Source: Hyphochytrium catenoides
Taxonomy: Eukaryota > Protista > Hyphochytriomycota
NCBI GenBank assembly: GCA_900088475.1
Contig: FLMG01000350.1
Coordinates: forward strand, 186,001 to 250,000
Length of the DNA stretch: 64,000 nt
Direction of reading: 5' to 3'
The translations under genes and the position numbers were made by a program. Of this stretch, positions 38,152-50,634 are shown piece after piece; position 1 is the stretch's first letter, and every line of letters starts with the position of its first letter. The notes under the pieces were generated by a model. The model was not told the DNA's origin and made no database searches. It saw only the letters and a program-made list of their open reading frames with translations.

Positions 38152-39860
38152 AAAGTCGATAGTGACATACTGGTCAAGGCGGCAGAACTCTCCGAACGTC
38201 CGAAAGATGGTCCAGCTGTGACAGAATTCCGGTTTCTCATCACTCATAGAACGTAGCTTCCCAGGAGCAGGATCCAACTTATGGCTCAGCCAAAGGGTGC
38301 ATGCTATCTCGTACTCCTAAGAAGCAAGCCATACGCCTCCATTGAGAGCTAAAAGAGATGCGGAAAGAAATGGAGAAGAGCTGTACCGGTGTCTTAGCCA
38401 GCGAATCGAGCCGATGGCCCACCACCGTCGCCACAAGAACTGGATGAGCGCTGCTACCATCAACAGTCTTCACAGCCAGTCCGCCTGATACGAAATTGAA
38501 TACTCAGCCAACGGTGCGCAGAGCCTCTCTAACAATATGTCGCCTGGTAGCCTGATATCACCTGCTGTACTAATCTCCTTGAGGTCTTGACCCTTCAACT
38601 CTATTGCCGACTTGATGACAGACACCCATTTTCTAAGGTACCGTTCACTGTCTACGTTTCACAAGCANNNNNNNNNNNNNNNNNNNNNNNNNNNGTGCAT
38701 GATGAATGGGCTGTCATGGACGGGCTCAATCATGTAAGAATGACACTTCCTCACCTCCCGATTTTGTCCATCAATGACGCGGAAGACGTAACGCCTTCTG
38801 TCTGCGGCCGTCTCTGGACCTCCGGTGAGTAAACTGCCAATCTCAACACCAGATGCAACCTCTCCACCTTTCAGAGAGATAATTTTGCGCCGATCGTAGA
38901 GGGAGTCATCCTGCTCAGGAGCATTCTTGAGCAAGCGATCCATTTGGAGAGGAGTCTGACAGACGTACCTTATAGATTTGTAGTTCATGACTGTGAGGAC
39001 GCAGGTAGACAAATTTTCGCTCCCAGTTCTTAGACTTTTCATCCTCTAGGAGGAGCCATCCGCTGAACTCCTCCATGGCTGAAACTTCTATAGACTATCA
39101 CCATCGCCATTTCAGAGCTACTTGTACCACCATTTATCCCCGTTAGACAGCTGTCATAAAGTCGCTGTCCTTCCAGAACTTGGCTCCCACGCCAAGTGAG
39201 CTGCCAAGAACGTTGACACCTGACAGCAGTTGACGGCACAGATGGCAAGCAGATGAGCTATCACCTGCAGCAAGGGAGTCTCAGTACTTCCTACGTCCTC
39301 GAGCCAGTACAAGTTCCCCCGCAGGACGGACGCTGTCCCCAGCTTTGCTATTTATTACCCGGTCTCTCGATCTCCAGCTATTCTGCTGCTGTCAAGTCGC
39401 TGTGTCTGCGGGAATGTCATCAACAGATCAGAATCTCTCTGTCTTCTGCCCTGTTCCCCCTTTCAGATCTCTTCACCCTCAACATACATGTCTCCTGGAG
39501 GACGCCTGGGGCTGTAATGGATGATAAGAGTAGATGGAAGATCGTGAGGTTGGCTCTTCGCTCCTTGGCACACTCTATAGTTCTATGGAGTATTTGAAGT
39601 CGGATGCCACACTCAAACGACTTCCCCTGGCTGTCTACTACTGGTCGGCCTCTCTCCTTAGGGACTGCATAGCATTAAGTGGGTTATCAACGAGGCATCA
39701 GAGGCTGATCATGTGGCAACGCGGACCAGCTTAGGCCTCGGTCGGCTGTAAGGCATGCGCGACTTACGGAGGTGTGACTAGATGTGAGCTACTCTCGTGT
39801 GGTTACCAGAGCATAGCACATATGCGTCAAAGTGCTATCAACAAAATCCTCACTATCCGG

Positions 39861-41021
39861 ATGCTATGGTCGCGCAGGCGCCTATTTCGATACTTTATCG
39901 TGGCGATAGGACTGCTATGTCTCTATTATGCCGTAGTCCTCGTCCTGACTCAAAGATGTGCTGTCACCCCCCTGCAGCGTCACCCTGTGGACTTTCAAGT
40001 TGATCTGCACCAACTTGAGAGTCTTTTGTCAGATACGCGCGAGGACAGGAAGAACGGTTACATAGTCAATGCTGCACAGGTTGCCATCATAGTACGGGTT
40101 AGCGGAAAGGATCTGCGAGGCAGCCAAGTACGGTCAATAGAGCTTAGCTGGGGTCGAGATGCAGTGGAGCTAGGATTGCCAGTGCTTTTTGTAAATGACC
40201 AGAGTTCAAGGTTGCTAGGAGTTTCTACGACCTCAGAACTCGCCAAAGATATCAGGGCCATTCCTTCCATCTGGCTGGCCTGGTCTAACGCACTGAGGAG
40301 GCTGCCCGAAGCAGAGTTTCTAGTGATGGTGAACGAAACGACTTACCTCCGACCGGACGTCCTCTTAGACTTCGTTAGGCGTGTACCCATCGGCACTAAT
40401 TCCTCCTTCGGAAACAAGATTTTTGGTTTCTTAGACGTGGGAGCAGGCCAGATTTTTACTTCCGCCTCTGTTAGGGCCATGCTGAGAAATCAGGAGCAGG
40501 GTCGCTGTTCGCAAACGGTGTTAGATGATCTCACTGTCTCCCGCTGCGCGGAAGCTGCTGGCACCAAGCTGGTGTCTCACCCCATGATGCACCGATATCC
40601 GCCGCATGAGTTCTGGGGCTGTGCAGTACCCGCCGTTTTTCGGCTCTACCTTGGCACCAGATGGTATGAAGTTGCTGACCTTCAGGACATGTGGATGACC
40701 TTCAATTACATCGAGGGTGGCCATATGGTGCAAATCCACAACTTTTTGAGGAAGTACGGAAACAGAGGCTCTGACTGTCTGATTGGAGGCCTGTCTGCTC
40801 TGTCAATTTGCACCGTCTATGGCTATATTGAAGATGAGACCATCTTTATCAAATGGCTGGTTCTTCGGGCCGTCGCTATTCTCAGCATACTTCTTGGGGC
40901 CGTGCGACTTTGGAGGATGAGGACTTCAAAGTCCCGTGCAGTATCTTCAATCTCCTATAGCGCTATTGGCGCAGGTCTGAACGACGAAGAAGCCCCACTA
41001 GTGCCGTTGAAGGTTGAGTAA
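39861..41021 (+). CDS. GT31 (core-1 beta-1,3-galactosyltransferase/Fringe-like) fold membrane protein, intronless
   Basis: N-terminal TM anchor, then SWG, FLVMVNETTYL (DDDTY position), GAGQIFT, C...DDLTVSRC and TFNYI...M motifs in GT31 order. Second TM near the C-terminus. Confidence 0.7.
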   Translation: MLWSRRRLFRYFIVAIGLLCLYYAVVLVLTQRCAVTPLQRHPVDFQVDLHQLESLLSDTREDRKNGYIVNAAQVAIIVRVSGKDLRGSQVRSIELSWGRDAVELGLPVLFVNDQSSRLLGVSTTSELAKDIRAIPSIWLAWSNALRRLPEAEFLVMVNETTYLRPDVLLDFVRRVPIGTNSSFGNKIFGFLDVGAGQIFTSASVRAMLRNQEQGRCSQTVLDDLTVSRCAEAAGTKLVSHPMMHRYPPHEFWGCAVPAVFRLYLGTRWYEVADLQDMWMTFNYIEGGHMVQIHNFLRKYGNRGSDCLIGGLSALSICTVYGYIEDETIFIKWLVLRAVAILSILLGAVRLWRMRTSKSRAVSSISYSAIGAGLNDEEAPLVPLKVE

Positions 41022-42226
41022 GTCCACAGTTTGCACCCAGGCCTTCGCCAAGTTTCTGACCACAGCGAACGGATACCAGCCTATGCACTGCCGCTGTCAG
41101 TCTGGTTATCACCATTTGCTTTGTCTTGTTGTCCTTTATTACGACACCATAAACAATAAAGCTGGCTGCCTTCAGTGCTCTCCGCTGATAGAGGGAGGAC
41201 GGATATCATAGCTCCTATGAAAGTCCTACCACCATTGAAGAATGGTCGCCGGCTTCAAAATAGTTCAAAGAGGGTGCTTGACAAATGGAAGCCTAAGCGC
41301 GTTCTTATTATGGAAGACGTTAAATGTGTTGCTAGTGAGCACCTGTATCGGTGAATATAGCGACGGGCTATACCGCTTAATATGTAACATACGACAGATG
41401 ACATAACGAAACATCTTTTGCCGTCACGCAGAGTGTAGAGATGAGCAGGTCTCTGAACACTTGACGGCTCGAGGAGAGAGGTCGCCGGGTCCCTCGACGT
41501 TAGGTCGTTTGTCCTCTGACATTCAGAGAACGATGACTGCAAGGGCACTATTTATCGCATCCAAACGGCCCATTACTACCTAAGCTACCGCTACCTTGTT
41601 TTCTCTTTGCCTTGCTTACCAGCAGCGAGGAGCGACTGTGCTACGGTACCACCTGCCACCTTCCCCTAGCCTTAGGTTGGGCCAACAGAAGATGCGAACT
41701 GGGCGATGGACGGTGCTTCTGATCTTCCAGTCCGTCGGACCAAAAAGCAGCAAAATAACGTTTCATAAAATGCCGCTAACGGCCGCTGCTACCGTGTCGT
41801 TGTAGAGCATACCCAGAACTCACTCACAAAATGAAAATACAAGTTAGGACTGCATTTCGGAACAACATGCACGCACCGAGCGCTGAAAGGACATCAAACA
41901 ACGAAGAAACGTAATCTCTGTTACCAATGCTGGCTGTGAATGCATACAGTGCTTCTCATGCTCCCACGGCCAGCAGCCCGGCGGCAGCCTGAGGATGCGA
42001 GAAGTCAACAGAGATGCGACATCGTCGGTGTTGTCAGCCTCATTCCTCTAGGGCGCACTTATTGAGACGTGGCCAACGCTATAGACGACCGCGAAGGGCC
42101 TAATGACTGGTGGTGGATAAGGGCAAAAGCTGCTGAACGAACGAAGGGCCTCCCTCCTCCGTCTGGTAGGGTCTAGGATCGACCCACACCAGAAGCCTAA
42201 TTAAGGCACTAAGGAAGTAAGAGCGC

Positions 42227-42898
42227 ATGCCAATGAGGAACAATTCGGTGCCCCGAGACGACCAGATGAATAATCTACTGCACCAGCCACAGTCTCTCGA
42301 CATGACTTACATGGAGCAGCACATCTCGTGGAGCGAGATTAAAATTGTGCAGAACCTTATTGAGCGGTGCCTCCAGCAGTATATGACGCAGGTGGCTACC
42401 CTTTGCTGTGTACGATGAAGCGACCGTCTTACTAACCAAGCTAATTTGTCGCTACCTGTACCGAACTTCCTCTCCTGTCCTTTACAGTCCGAGATAATAA
42501 CTGCATTGCAGGTACGGCTGGTCAATCATAGTACTTGCCTTCAGTTAGTGCTTCATGCCGTTGCTTACGGTGGACACACATTAATGTCTCTGACTTCTGC
42601 CCGTCCTTTTGTCTAGATGCAGGCTAACATTGAACCCGCCTTCACACTTCTGGTGTGGCAGAAGCTGGAGGAGCAGAACCCAAACTTTTTCTATGCATAC
42701 CACATACGTCTGCGACTTAAGGATCAGATTATTGCCTTCAATTATTTGGTAAGTGCTATCCAAGCACAACTAAGATCTCACATGAAAGGTCGTTCTGAGA
42801 TGCATCGGAGGTGCTTACACCTGGGTCTTCTTTGTTGTTCACAGGTAGACCAACACCTGCAGCTCAACCAGGGGCTCCCAGCAGGAGGAGCCAACTGA
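42227..42898 (+). CDS. TIGR01589 / A_thal_3526 family protein, 4 exons
   Basis: VQNLIERCLQQYMTQ|SEIITALQ|MQANIEPAFTLLVWQKLEEQNPNFFYAYHIRLRLKDQIIAFNYL|VDQH is the family signature. Confidence 0.9.
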
Positions 42899-44044
42899 CA
42901 TACGTACTAAAGATAAAACTTATGGAATCATACAGAAGGAATCTTCTTCTTCTATGGGATGTAAAGAGGATCGCACAGCTAACCATCGGCGGTGCGCGGC
43001 GCCCGTAGGAGCGCCTAAAAAGGACGCTCAATCATGCCTAGAGTCGCTCAGGTTAACCTTTTTCTTTGGCCTTGTGTGTCCCAAGATAAGGATCACCAGG
43101 AAAGGTTCCTTTCACCTGTGGGGAGAGCCCTTGTCGTCCATGCCTGAGCGATATGGTCCTTCCTGTTGCGTTGTCGAGCAATGGCCATCAAGGCGAATTC
43201 AAGCTAGGAAAGTGGTGCCCAGAGGATGATGAGGTGATAAACACGAGTCTCTGGGTGGCAAACCTTATGGCACGTTTAAACCCTTGCTACGTCCCTGATG
43301 ACGCCATGGCACTTTCCCGCCTAAAGTTCTAGCTATCTAGCAGTTGACTCATGCTAATTGGCTTAAAAGACAATGGCTACTGTTGGTGTCATAGAACTGG
43401 AGCTTGTGACATGCAGTCCTTGGTCTTCACCAGAGTGCCCACTCCGAAGTTGAGCGGCTGCGCGCCAGTAACGCCACACCAATGAAAGGACAACATCAAA
43501 CTAACTTTCTCCCACTTTTCCATCATACAAATAACGCTTGGCCCCTTATCGTTAGCGGCTAGGAAGGTGTGTGTGAAAGTATGAATGCGAGTTCCCGCCA
43601 CGCTTAGAAGAGCAGCTATGAACAATGTTACCGTGGACCCTTTGTCGTCCTTCCAGTCGCGTCTTGTTCTTCTCTCTCTCTCTCTCGTCAAGCCATTACA
43701 CGGAATCCATGTCATTTAACTCCTTCCGCAGCTCTCAGCAGAGGTTGCACGTTATAGTTGGTAATTGAAGGACAAGGAGCTGCGGACCATCTCCTCTCTT
43801 ATACCGCTGTATTTGTGTCTGTCGCCTCCGCCAACGAGGTTTCTACAGCGGAGGCACCAGAAGACCCACCTTGATCATTTGGACTCTCATCTAACCTGCA
43901 GCAACAAGTGAGGAAGTTGCTGGAGCGATGGTCTGGAAGCTGGCAAATCGATGCCTTGAGAAGGAGCAGGCTGATGGACGGCTCGTACACTGACTTAGAC
44001 TCCAATGGAGGAGAGCGTAGGAGAGACCAAAGATACGCACAGTT

Positions 44045-46958
44045 ATGTTTGAGACGTTTATGGCACAGCTCACCCGTCTCAAGGGGGTTCTAGAAACACG
44101 ACTTAGCTCAACAGTAACAGCTCCAGGACCCCAGCCAGGGTCGACGACAGTAGTGCCATGGTCCTGGCTCTGCGAGACGGTGAGCTCAAGCTTGGCCACT
44201 CTATTACCTAGAGAGCTGATTTTCCGGTCCCATCAGGTTATCCAGCTTCTTGAGAACTATCCTGGCGGGGTGACGGAGACCATCATCCTCACAGAGCTGG
44301 CGTCGTCATGGTTGAGCCGACAGACTCAGAATGTACAAGCAGGTAGACATCTGGCTTAACGATCTTATCGGGCTTGACAGACAAGAATAACCTTCGGCAT
44401 CGACGCAGATCGTGTGAGAATCCTGCTGGAGGAAAAGCGGATACCCTTTAAGGAGATCCTAAATGGCTCTATCTGTCTGGTGGATAAGAATATCGTGAGA
44501 GTTGGCAACATCTCGCCGGATGACACGGTGAACAGCCTAATGATCAAGAATAACGACCTTCTTTTTCAACTCATCCTAACAGGAGTTCTTACCATTTCAG
44601 GTCTATATTGAACTCCATCTCCACCAGCGCTTCACTTGTTGGTTGCAATCGCTGGAGGTTTCAGCTGAAGAATTTTTGAGAAATCGCAAGATCCGTGTTA
44701 CAGGTGAGACACATTTAGCCACAGATGAGTGGACGATCCCCTCTTCAGCTGATTGTATGGCTGTGCAGGCTGGCGAACGATCACAGTCCAACCCAAAGGG
44801 CAGAGTAATGGTCCTTCGATAGGGAAGAAGAAGAGATCGGTTCTTCGCGGCCTACCTACTGAATATATGGTCTTTGAGCTTGACATGGACAACCCTGCTG
44901 ACTTCAAGCTGATGAGCTGCGCTCGAGAGCATACACGCTTTGGGCATAACACTGAGACATCTCCTGATATCAACTTCATTGGCAAAGTACAAATATTTGA
45001 CCGCTTTGTTTGCACTAAAGCAATTAACTCCCCATTTTAGGTAAAGGCGATAGGTGAGAACATAAAGTCTCCAATCGTTAATCATGTCAAGATGAGGGTA
45101 GTGTTGCTTCGCGATGAAGCCAGGAGTCAAGAAGGTGCGTGTAAGATTCGCAAATGGTCCGCAACGTAGGAGATACTGATGCATAATCTTTCGCCCAGTT
45201 GCCTTAGTGCTGTGGGATGAACAAGCAGAGTGTCTAAACGAACTATTTAAAGAGGGTGATATCTTGGTTGTGTACAGAGGGTACTGGACTGCAAACTCCA
45301 AGCAAATCTACCTAGGCTGTGAAATACCTTCAAACTATATGGAGTACGGCTCAGCCACAGTCTTGCTCGTGGTACCCTCTCAAGCTATCGTCGAGACATT
45401 TGTTCGTCCGTCGCGACAAAGTCTGTCAGTGACACCCTTCTCTCAAGCATCGCTGCATCGCTACCCCCTGGTCCCGGCGGATGAGGGAGGGGTCCTGGAT
45501 TTCCAGAATTATCCTGATCGCTTGTTCATTGACGATCTTCGGCCCAGGAGCGTCAACGTCTGTCTTTGGGGGATGATAATTGACTTTGAGACCATTATCC
45601 TAGCATCTAAGGACATCTTGGGGGGCGAAAGGTCTGTTTGTAACTCTTTGACTCTCTTGCTGCCTCTTCAGATACCATTGAAGAGGATCTGACAACTATG
45701 TGGTCCCTGCACCTGCAGGAAACCATTGTGTCCTGTTGACAACGCTGCCGCACCTCATCCCCAATCAGGAGCTGTGACCGCTATCCGAGTAGCTGATGAG
45801 AAGAGCTCGATCAGTGTGCTGATTCTTGGTGAGGCCATAAAGGGGATGGGTTGGATCAGGCGGGGAGACTTTATCTACTGCTCTGGTCTGGTCATTTTGG
45901 AGAAGCGGGACGGAGGCCGTGGACGCCCCAGAGATCGGGAAGTCTTCGCTTGCGGTGGCAACTTGGATTATGCCGGTTTCTCCTGTAGTAAGTAATTGAG
46001 GGGGAGTTGTTTCGGTCACGATGGTCTTCTCCTACGGGCATTATCATCTTATTGATCCTTGTTCTCAATCTTAGTAGTCGATGGGTCCTCCTCCTTTGTG
46101 TCTCATCCTCTCGTCTCGTCTTGATCTTTCGTAGGCCATCACCTACAGCCTCTACACCTGAGAAACGTGGGGTCGTTAGTGGGAATTCTGCACTCCCCTC
46201 TCTTCAATAGACCTATGGCCCTTATCGACAGTCCACAGCAGAACTACAAAGGTCCGAATCTTCTATCTCATCCCCCTTTCAAAATTGCCTATCTAGCTTT
46301 TCTCCATGAAATTTTTACTTTCAAAGTAGTTCTTATGCTGGTCCTGTGTGCGTGCCATAATTCAATCACATTCTAGTGCTGACGTTCCGGTTGCGTTGCC
46401 ATGCTGCAGTGGTCAGAGCAGCGATAACTAGGCTCGTGCCTCTCCCTGACTCGCGATTGTTAAACGGAGAATCAAGAGGACACAAGAAGGTTAGAAGACC
46501 TCCCAAAATCATACCAATAGAGGATAACCTAGACAATTTCGGCACCGTTGCTTGGCCTTTTGTAGAGGAAACTTACTTCTCCTGACTGTACAAGCAATGG
46601 CTGTGACCTCCTCCTGGTACTGGACGATGGTACTTCCAGCCTTCTAGCTGCAGCTTCATATTCAACGATCGAGTCTGGGTTGGGAGCTGATGGCTCAATA
46701 GCAAATTTCTCCGCGTTATCCGTGCTCTTATCTGCTGAGTTCGAGTTCCTCCTCTCAGACGGGGTCGAACTGTCTCTTCCTCTCGTAGACTTTGGTCCCA
46801 ATGACGTCTCCACCAAGAGAGCTGCTGGATCCAAGGCCCAATACAATTTGCCTGGCCATGGCCATGTATCGACCTTCATCAAGCAGCTGGCGCCAATCAA
46901 TTGCGTGCAACACAGCGCGGACTTATTACAAGGATTTCAAAGTGCTTCACTAACTTAA
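44045..46958 (+). CDS. Cdc24 (fission-yeast type) OB-fold domain protein, multi-exon; ends approximate
   Basis: PWSWLC, LHLHQRF, LPTEYMVFEL, LWDEQ...LFKEGD, MEYGSAT and DFQNYPDRLFIDDLR...VCLWG match my recollection of the CDC24_OB family. Confidence 0.7.
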
Positions 46959-48501
46959 CTGGCAGGTTCGAGCTCGATCAGTTGCCTTTGAACAGTTTTA
47001 ACAGATTGTGCGGTTGTGGAATCAACTCATTCTCATGGGTGCGCTTTCAAACAGTTAGGAAGAGTACGAAAGCTCTTGGCGAAACCACCCTAACCCTAAG
47101 GCGAGCAGACGAATGAGGACTTCGTGCCAAGTCACCGGCTTTCTTGCCCTGCACAAGCGTCCACTACGTCAAGGTCCCATCTCTCCAAGTGAAAACACGA
47201 CGAAGGGGTTGTCTCCTGTTCACTTATCCATGGCACAACCGAATGGCATTCAGTTTCCCATACCTTCTCGTTGGTAGGAAGTATAAAGAGGCTAACTCTG
47301 TCTTTTATCGCGACCGCATGGCAGTCATTCCTCTTCTACTCCTTCCCTATATATGCCGCTGTCTTGCGCTGACTTGCATGGTGCTGCTACGAGGATTAGG
47401 TGAGCCAAGGGCTCTGGTCAGGCGCCGTGATGGCAATGCCCGCTAGGGCCCTGTATGAGTATAGGACCATTGAAGTTACGGGTAGCGTTGGCCTCCCTCC
47501 CCTCTTTGAAGAGGCTTACTAAACTTGTTACGGCTCTATTCTTTACGTTCACTTCGCTCATGCACATTTGACTTCTTTGTTCCTTTTCATTACGTCTGGT
47601 GCAGCTCCTTGACCACCGCATCCTCAACCCCTCTGCCATGTCGCGGCATGCCCTTACCAAGGCCAGCCAAAAGATAACGTCGCAACCCGGGCGGCTGCAT
47701 CATGAATATGGCGGCGGGCACGCGGGATGGGCCAACTACTTCGTTCCAGAAGAGTCCCGAGAATCAAATCAATGCTCGCACTGACAATAGAGCTGTGCCT
47801 TCAAGTTGGGTCCATCGCATTGCATCTCTTCAATGAAAAACACCCCACATTGATGTAGAAACTCCCTCATCGAACTACAAGTAGATCAGCGCCGCTGCTG
47901 CTGCCTGCATCTTCACAAATGACAAATGACGCAGATACACCGCTTGGGTCGTTGTAGTAGTAGGTGGTGTATGTGCTGGATACAGAAGGGAGCAAAGAAG
48001 AGCCGATAATAGTAGTAGTAACCCCAATAATGTATGTAAACATAACCCATATATGGGTACTGCTTTCAAGTAGTAATATCCCCTGTCGCATCCTGACAGA
48101 GGCCGCATATCTTTTGGTCCCTTCTTCGCCCATAGAAGTTCCACGGCATCTCCTTTCCTCTGCCTCATCACTCATCACACATCTAGAGACAGTAGTATCT
48201 CTGTCTCTGGCCTCCAGTGATTCTGTCTTGGTGCCTTCTGGCTTAATGTATACTTAACTACAGTGACAAAATATCTCTCTTCTGCTCCTCTTATATCTCT
48301 TGAACAATGAGACCACTCGACAACTCTGTCTTCAGAGCATTCTCTGGAATTTTTACCCTATGTTCCGTCTGTCTCTACCGCAAAATTTACGAGCTTCCGT
48401 TCATCCGTGACGAGCTGGCTCCTTATTTGTGCTTCCCAATCTTCTGGCGAGCTTCTGAAGTTAGAGTGCAGGCGCAGGCTCCAGGCCCCGTCAGAGATAA
48501 G

Positions 48502-50436
48502 ATGATTATCTTGGCCTCGGCGCTAGTCATCCTGTCATCAGAGAGCTTGCGCACGGCGATTGAGCTGCTCTTCGCAGAGCTATCGGCGATGCTAGCGGAG
48601 AACTTCACGGCGGTGCTGGGAGGAATTATCCTCTGCAGCACTCTGCTGGGAACAATCCAGGTTCTGCCGCGCCCTTATGCTATGCCTAAAAGCGCCTCTA
48701 TGCTTGGGTTGGCGAGCTCTGCGGGTGAGCTTAACGATTTACAGCCACGAGGAAGAGACAAACCACTAAAGCGATATTGCAGTTTTGCTTGCTCCTACGG
48801 TCTTGGCATTTCAGGAGATTGATGTCAACATGCTTCCAAACCTTGGAACTTTCAAGCTGAATTTGCCAGAGCACGTTACGGAGTGGCTAGACAAGGTGGA
48901 CCGGTCTACCTGGTTGCTGCCATACTGGAACCACATGCTGGTGAGGCGGAAGAACGTTTGCCAGTTTTTTTAACAGTACACTCGAACTTAGCGGTGACAC
49001 TCTCCTATGGGTCTTTGTGCTTCGCGAACCTCTTCTAATATCTTGCGGAGGACTCACGGGCTTGTCTTTCTCTCTCAGGACAACTTCACTGATTTTCAGA
49101 TTATGTCACTGGGAACTTTCATACTCCATGAGCTCATCTACTTCAGCGCTTGGGTCCCCTACATCCTTATTGATCAAATTCCTGCCTTCAAGCGCTATAA
49201 AATTCAAGAGGTAGGCCTCTTCCCTACCAGCTATTCTCCCAATCCTTGAACAGCTCTACTACACAGGCCTTTCCTTGACCTCATTCTTCCCTTCGTCTCC
49301 TAGTCTTGACATTTGAAAGGTTCAACCTGGTTCTCTTGCCTTCTTTCTTCTCGCCTTCTCTGACCAGACTCATGTATGACCTTTCATAATCGCCCGGCAG
49401 AGGCGTCCCAATACTTGGAAGCAGACGTGGAAATGCCTCAAGCAGCTTGCCATCAGCCACACGCTCATTCAGTTCCCGATGATCCTTTTCACCAAGTGGG
49501 GTCTCCAACACCTCGGCTTTACTATGGATACCCCTTTGCCGCGCCTGTAAGGCAACACCACATGCTTGACATTAGGTCAAATCAGCGTCTGATCAAGTTG
49601 CCCTATTCTTTCGTGCTTGATCGCTCATCTTTAACTATACATGGTATCTCCTTTAGATCGGAGATCCTGCCTAAAGTGCTGGGCTGCTTCATCATCGAAG
49701 ACTTTTACTTCTATTGGCTCCATCGCTTCCTGCACTGGAAGAAAATCTACAAGTACATCCACAAAGGTAACCCCTCTCTGCTTTACCCTTCTGGTATCTC
49801 TTCACCTAACTTGTCGCGCAATGGTTACGCTGTAATGCCATCCCTTGCCTTGCACAGTGCACCACGAGCATGCAGCTCCGTTTGGCATTGCTGCAGAATA
49901 TGCTCACCCGGTAGAGACTATGCTATTGGGAGTTGGCACGATTCTCGGTCCGTTATTCTTCACGCGACACTTGTTAACCTTGTGGGTGTGGCTTGCGTGC
50001 CGTCTCCTGGAGACGGTCGAGGACCACTCCGGTTATGAGCTTCCGTGGAACCCTTCCAACTTTTTTCCGTTCTGGGGAGGTAAGAGGACTGCTCGTGCAG
50101 CTTGGCCTTTGATGCCTAGGGGACTATGGACATTGACATCGATGTTTCTATAGGCTCCGTCCACCACGACTTCCACCATAAGAACTTTGAAGGGAACTAC
50201 GCTTCGGTCTTTACTATCTGGGATCGTATCTTTGGCACCGACGTGGACTTCAGGGTGGACCAGGTACCGCATATAATCAGTCTTGCTCTATCGTGTCCAT
50301 CGACATCACCGGTTAGTTGACTCGCGTTGTGATTGGACAGAGTGCCAAGAGGGCAGTGGGGAAGTCCATGTGGAAGGATGGGTTCGATAGGCTGAGCCTT
50401 GCCCCAGCTGTCGTTGTGTCAAAGAAGCAGCTATAG
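48502..50436 (+). CDS. ERG25: Sterol C4-methyl oxidase (methylsterol monooxygenase, ERG25/SMO family)
   Basis: YKIQ, the His boxes HRFLH, HKVHH and HDFHH, EYAHPVE, DHSGY and WDRIFGTD. C-terminal KKQL fits an ER-retrieval signal. Start Met uncertain (48502 or 48589). Confidence 0.9.
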
Positions 50437-50634
50437 CGCACAGAGTTCAAATTGTTCTTACTTACAAAGAGAAGTAAAGCGATCGCTATCTAGTGCACCA
50501 AGATAACGCTGGGGCCTCTCTCATTCTGACGGGAAGTGGTCGGCAAACACCATTAAGGGCAGGAGGAGGGATAGGTGACGTTAACAGAGCCGTGAGGAAG
50601 GATGGAGGAATGGTTCTAAGAAATAGCAGATCCC

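Noticed and set aside
47088-47099. (CCCTAA)2 telomere-like motif
   Set aside because: Two units are expected by chance.
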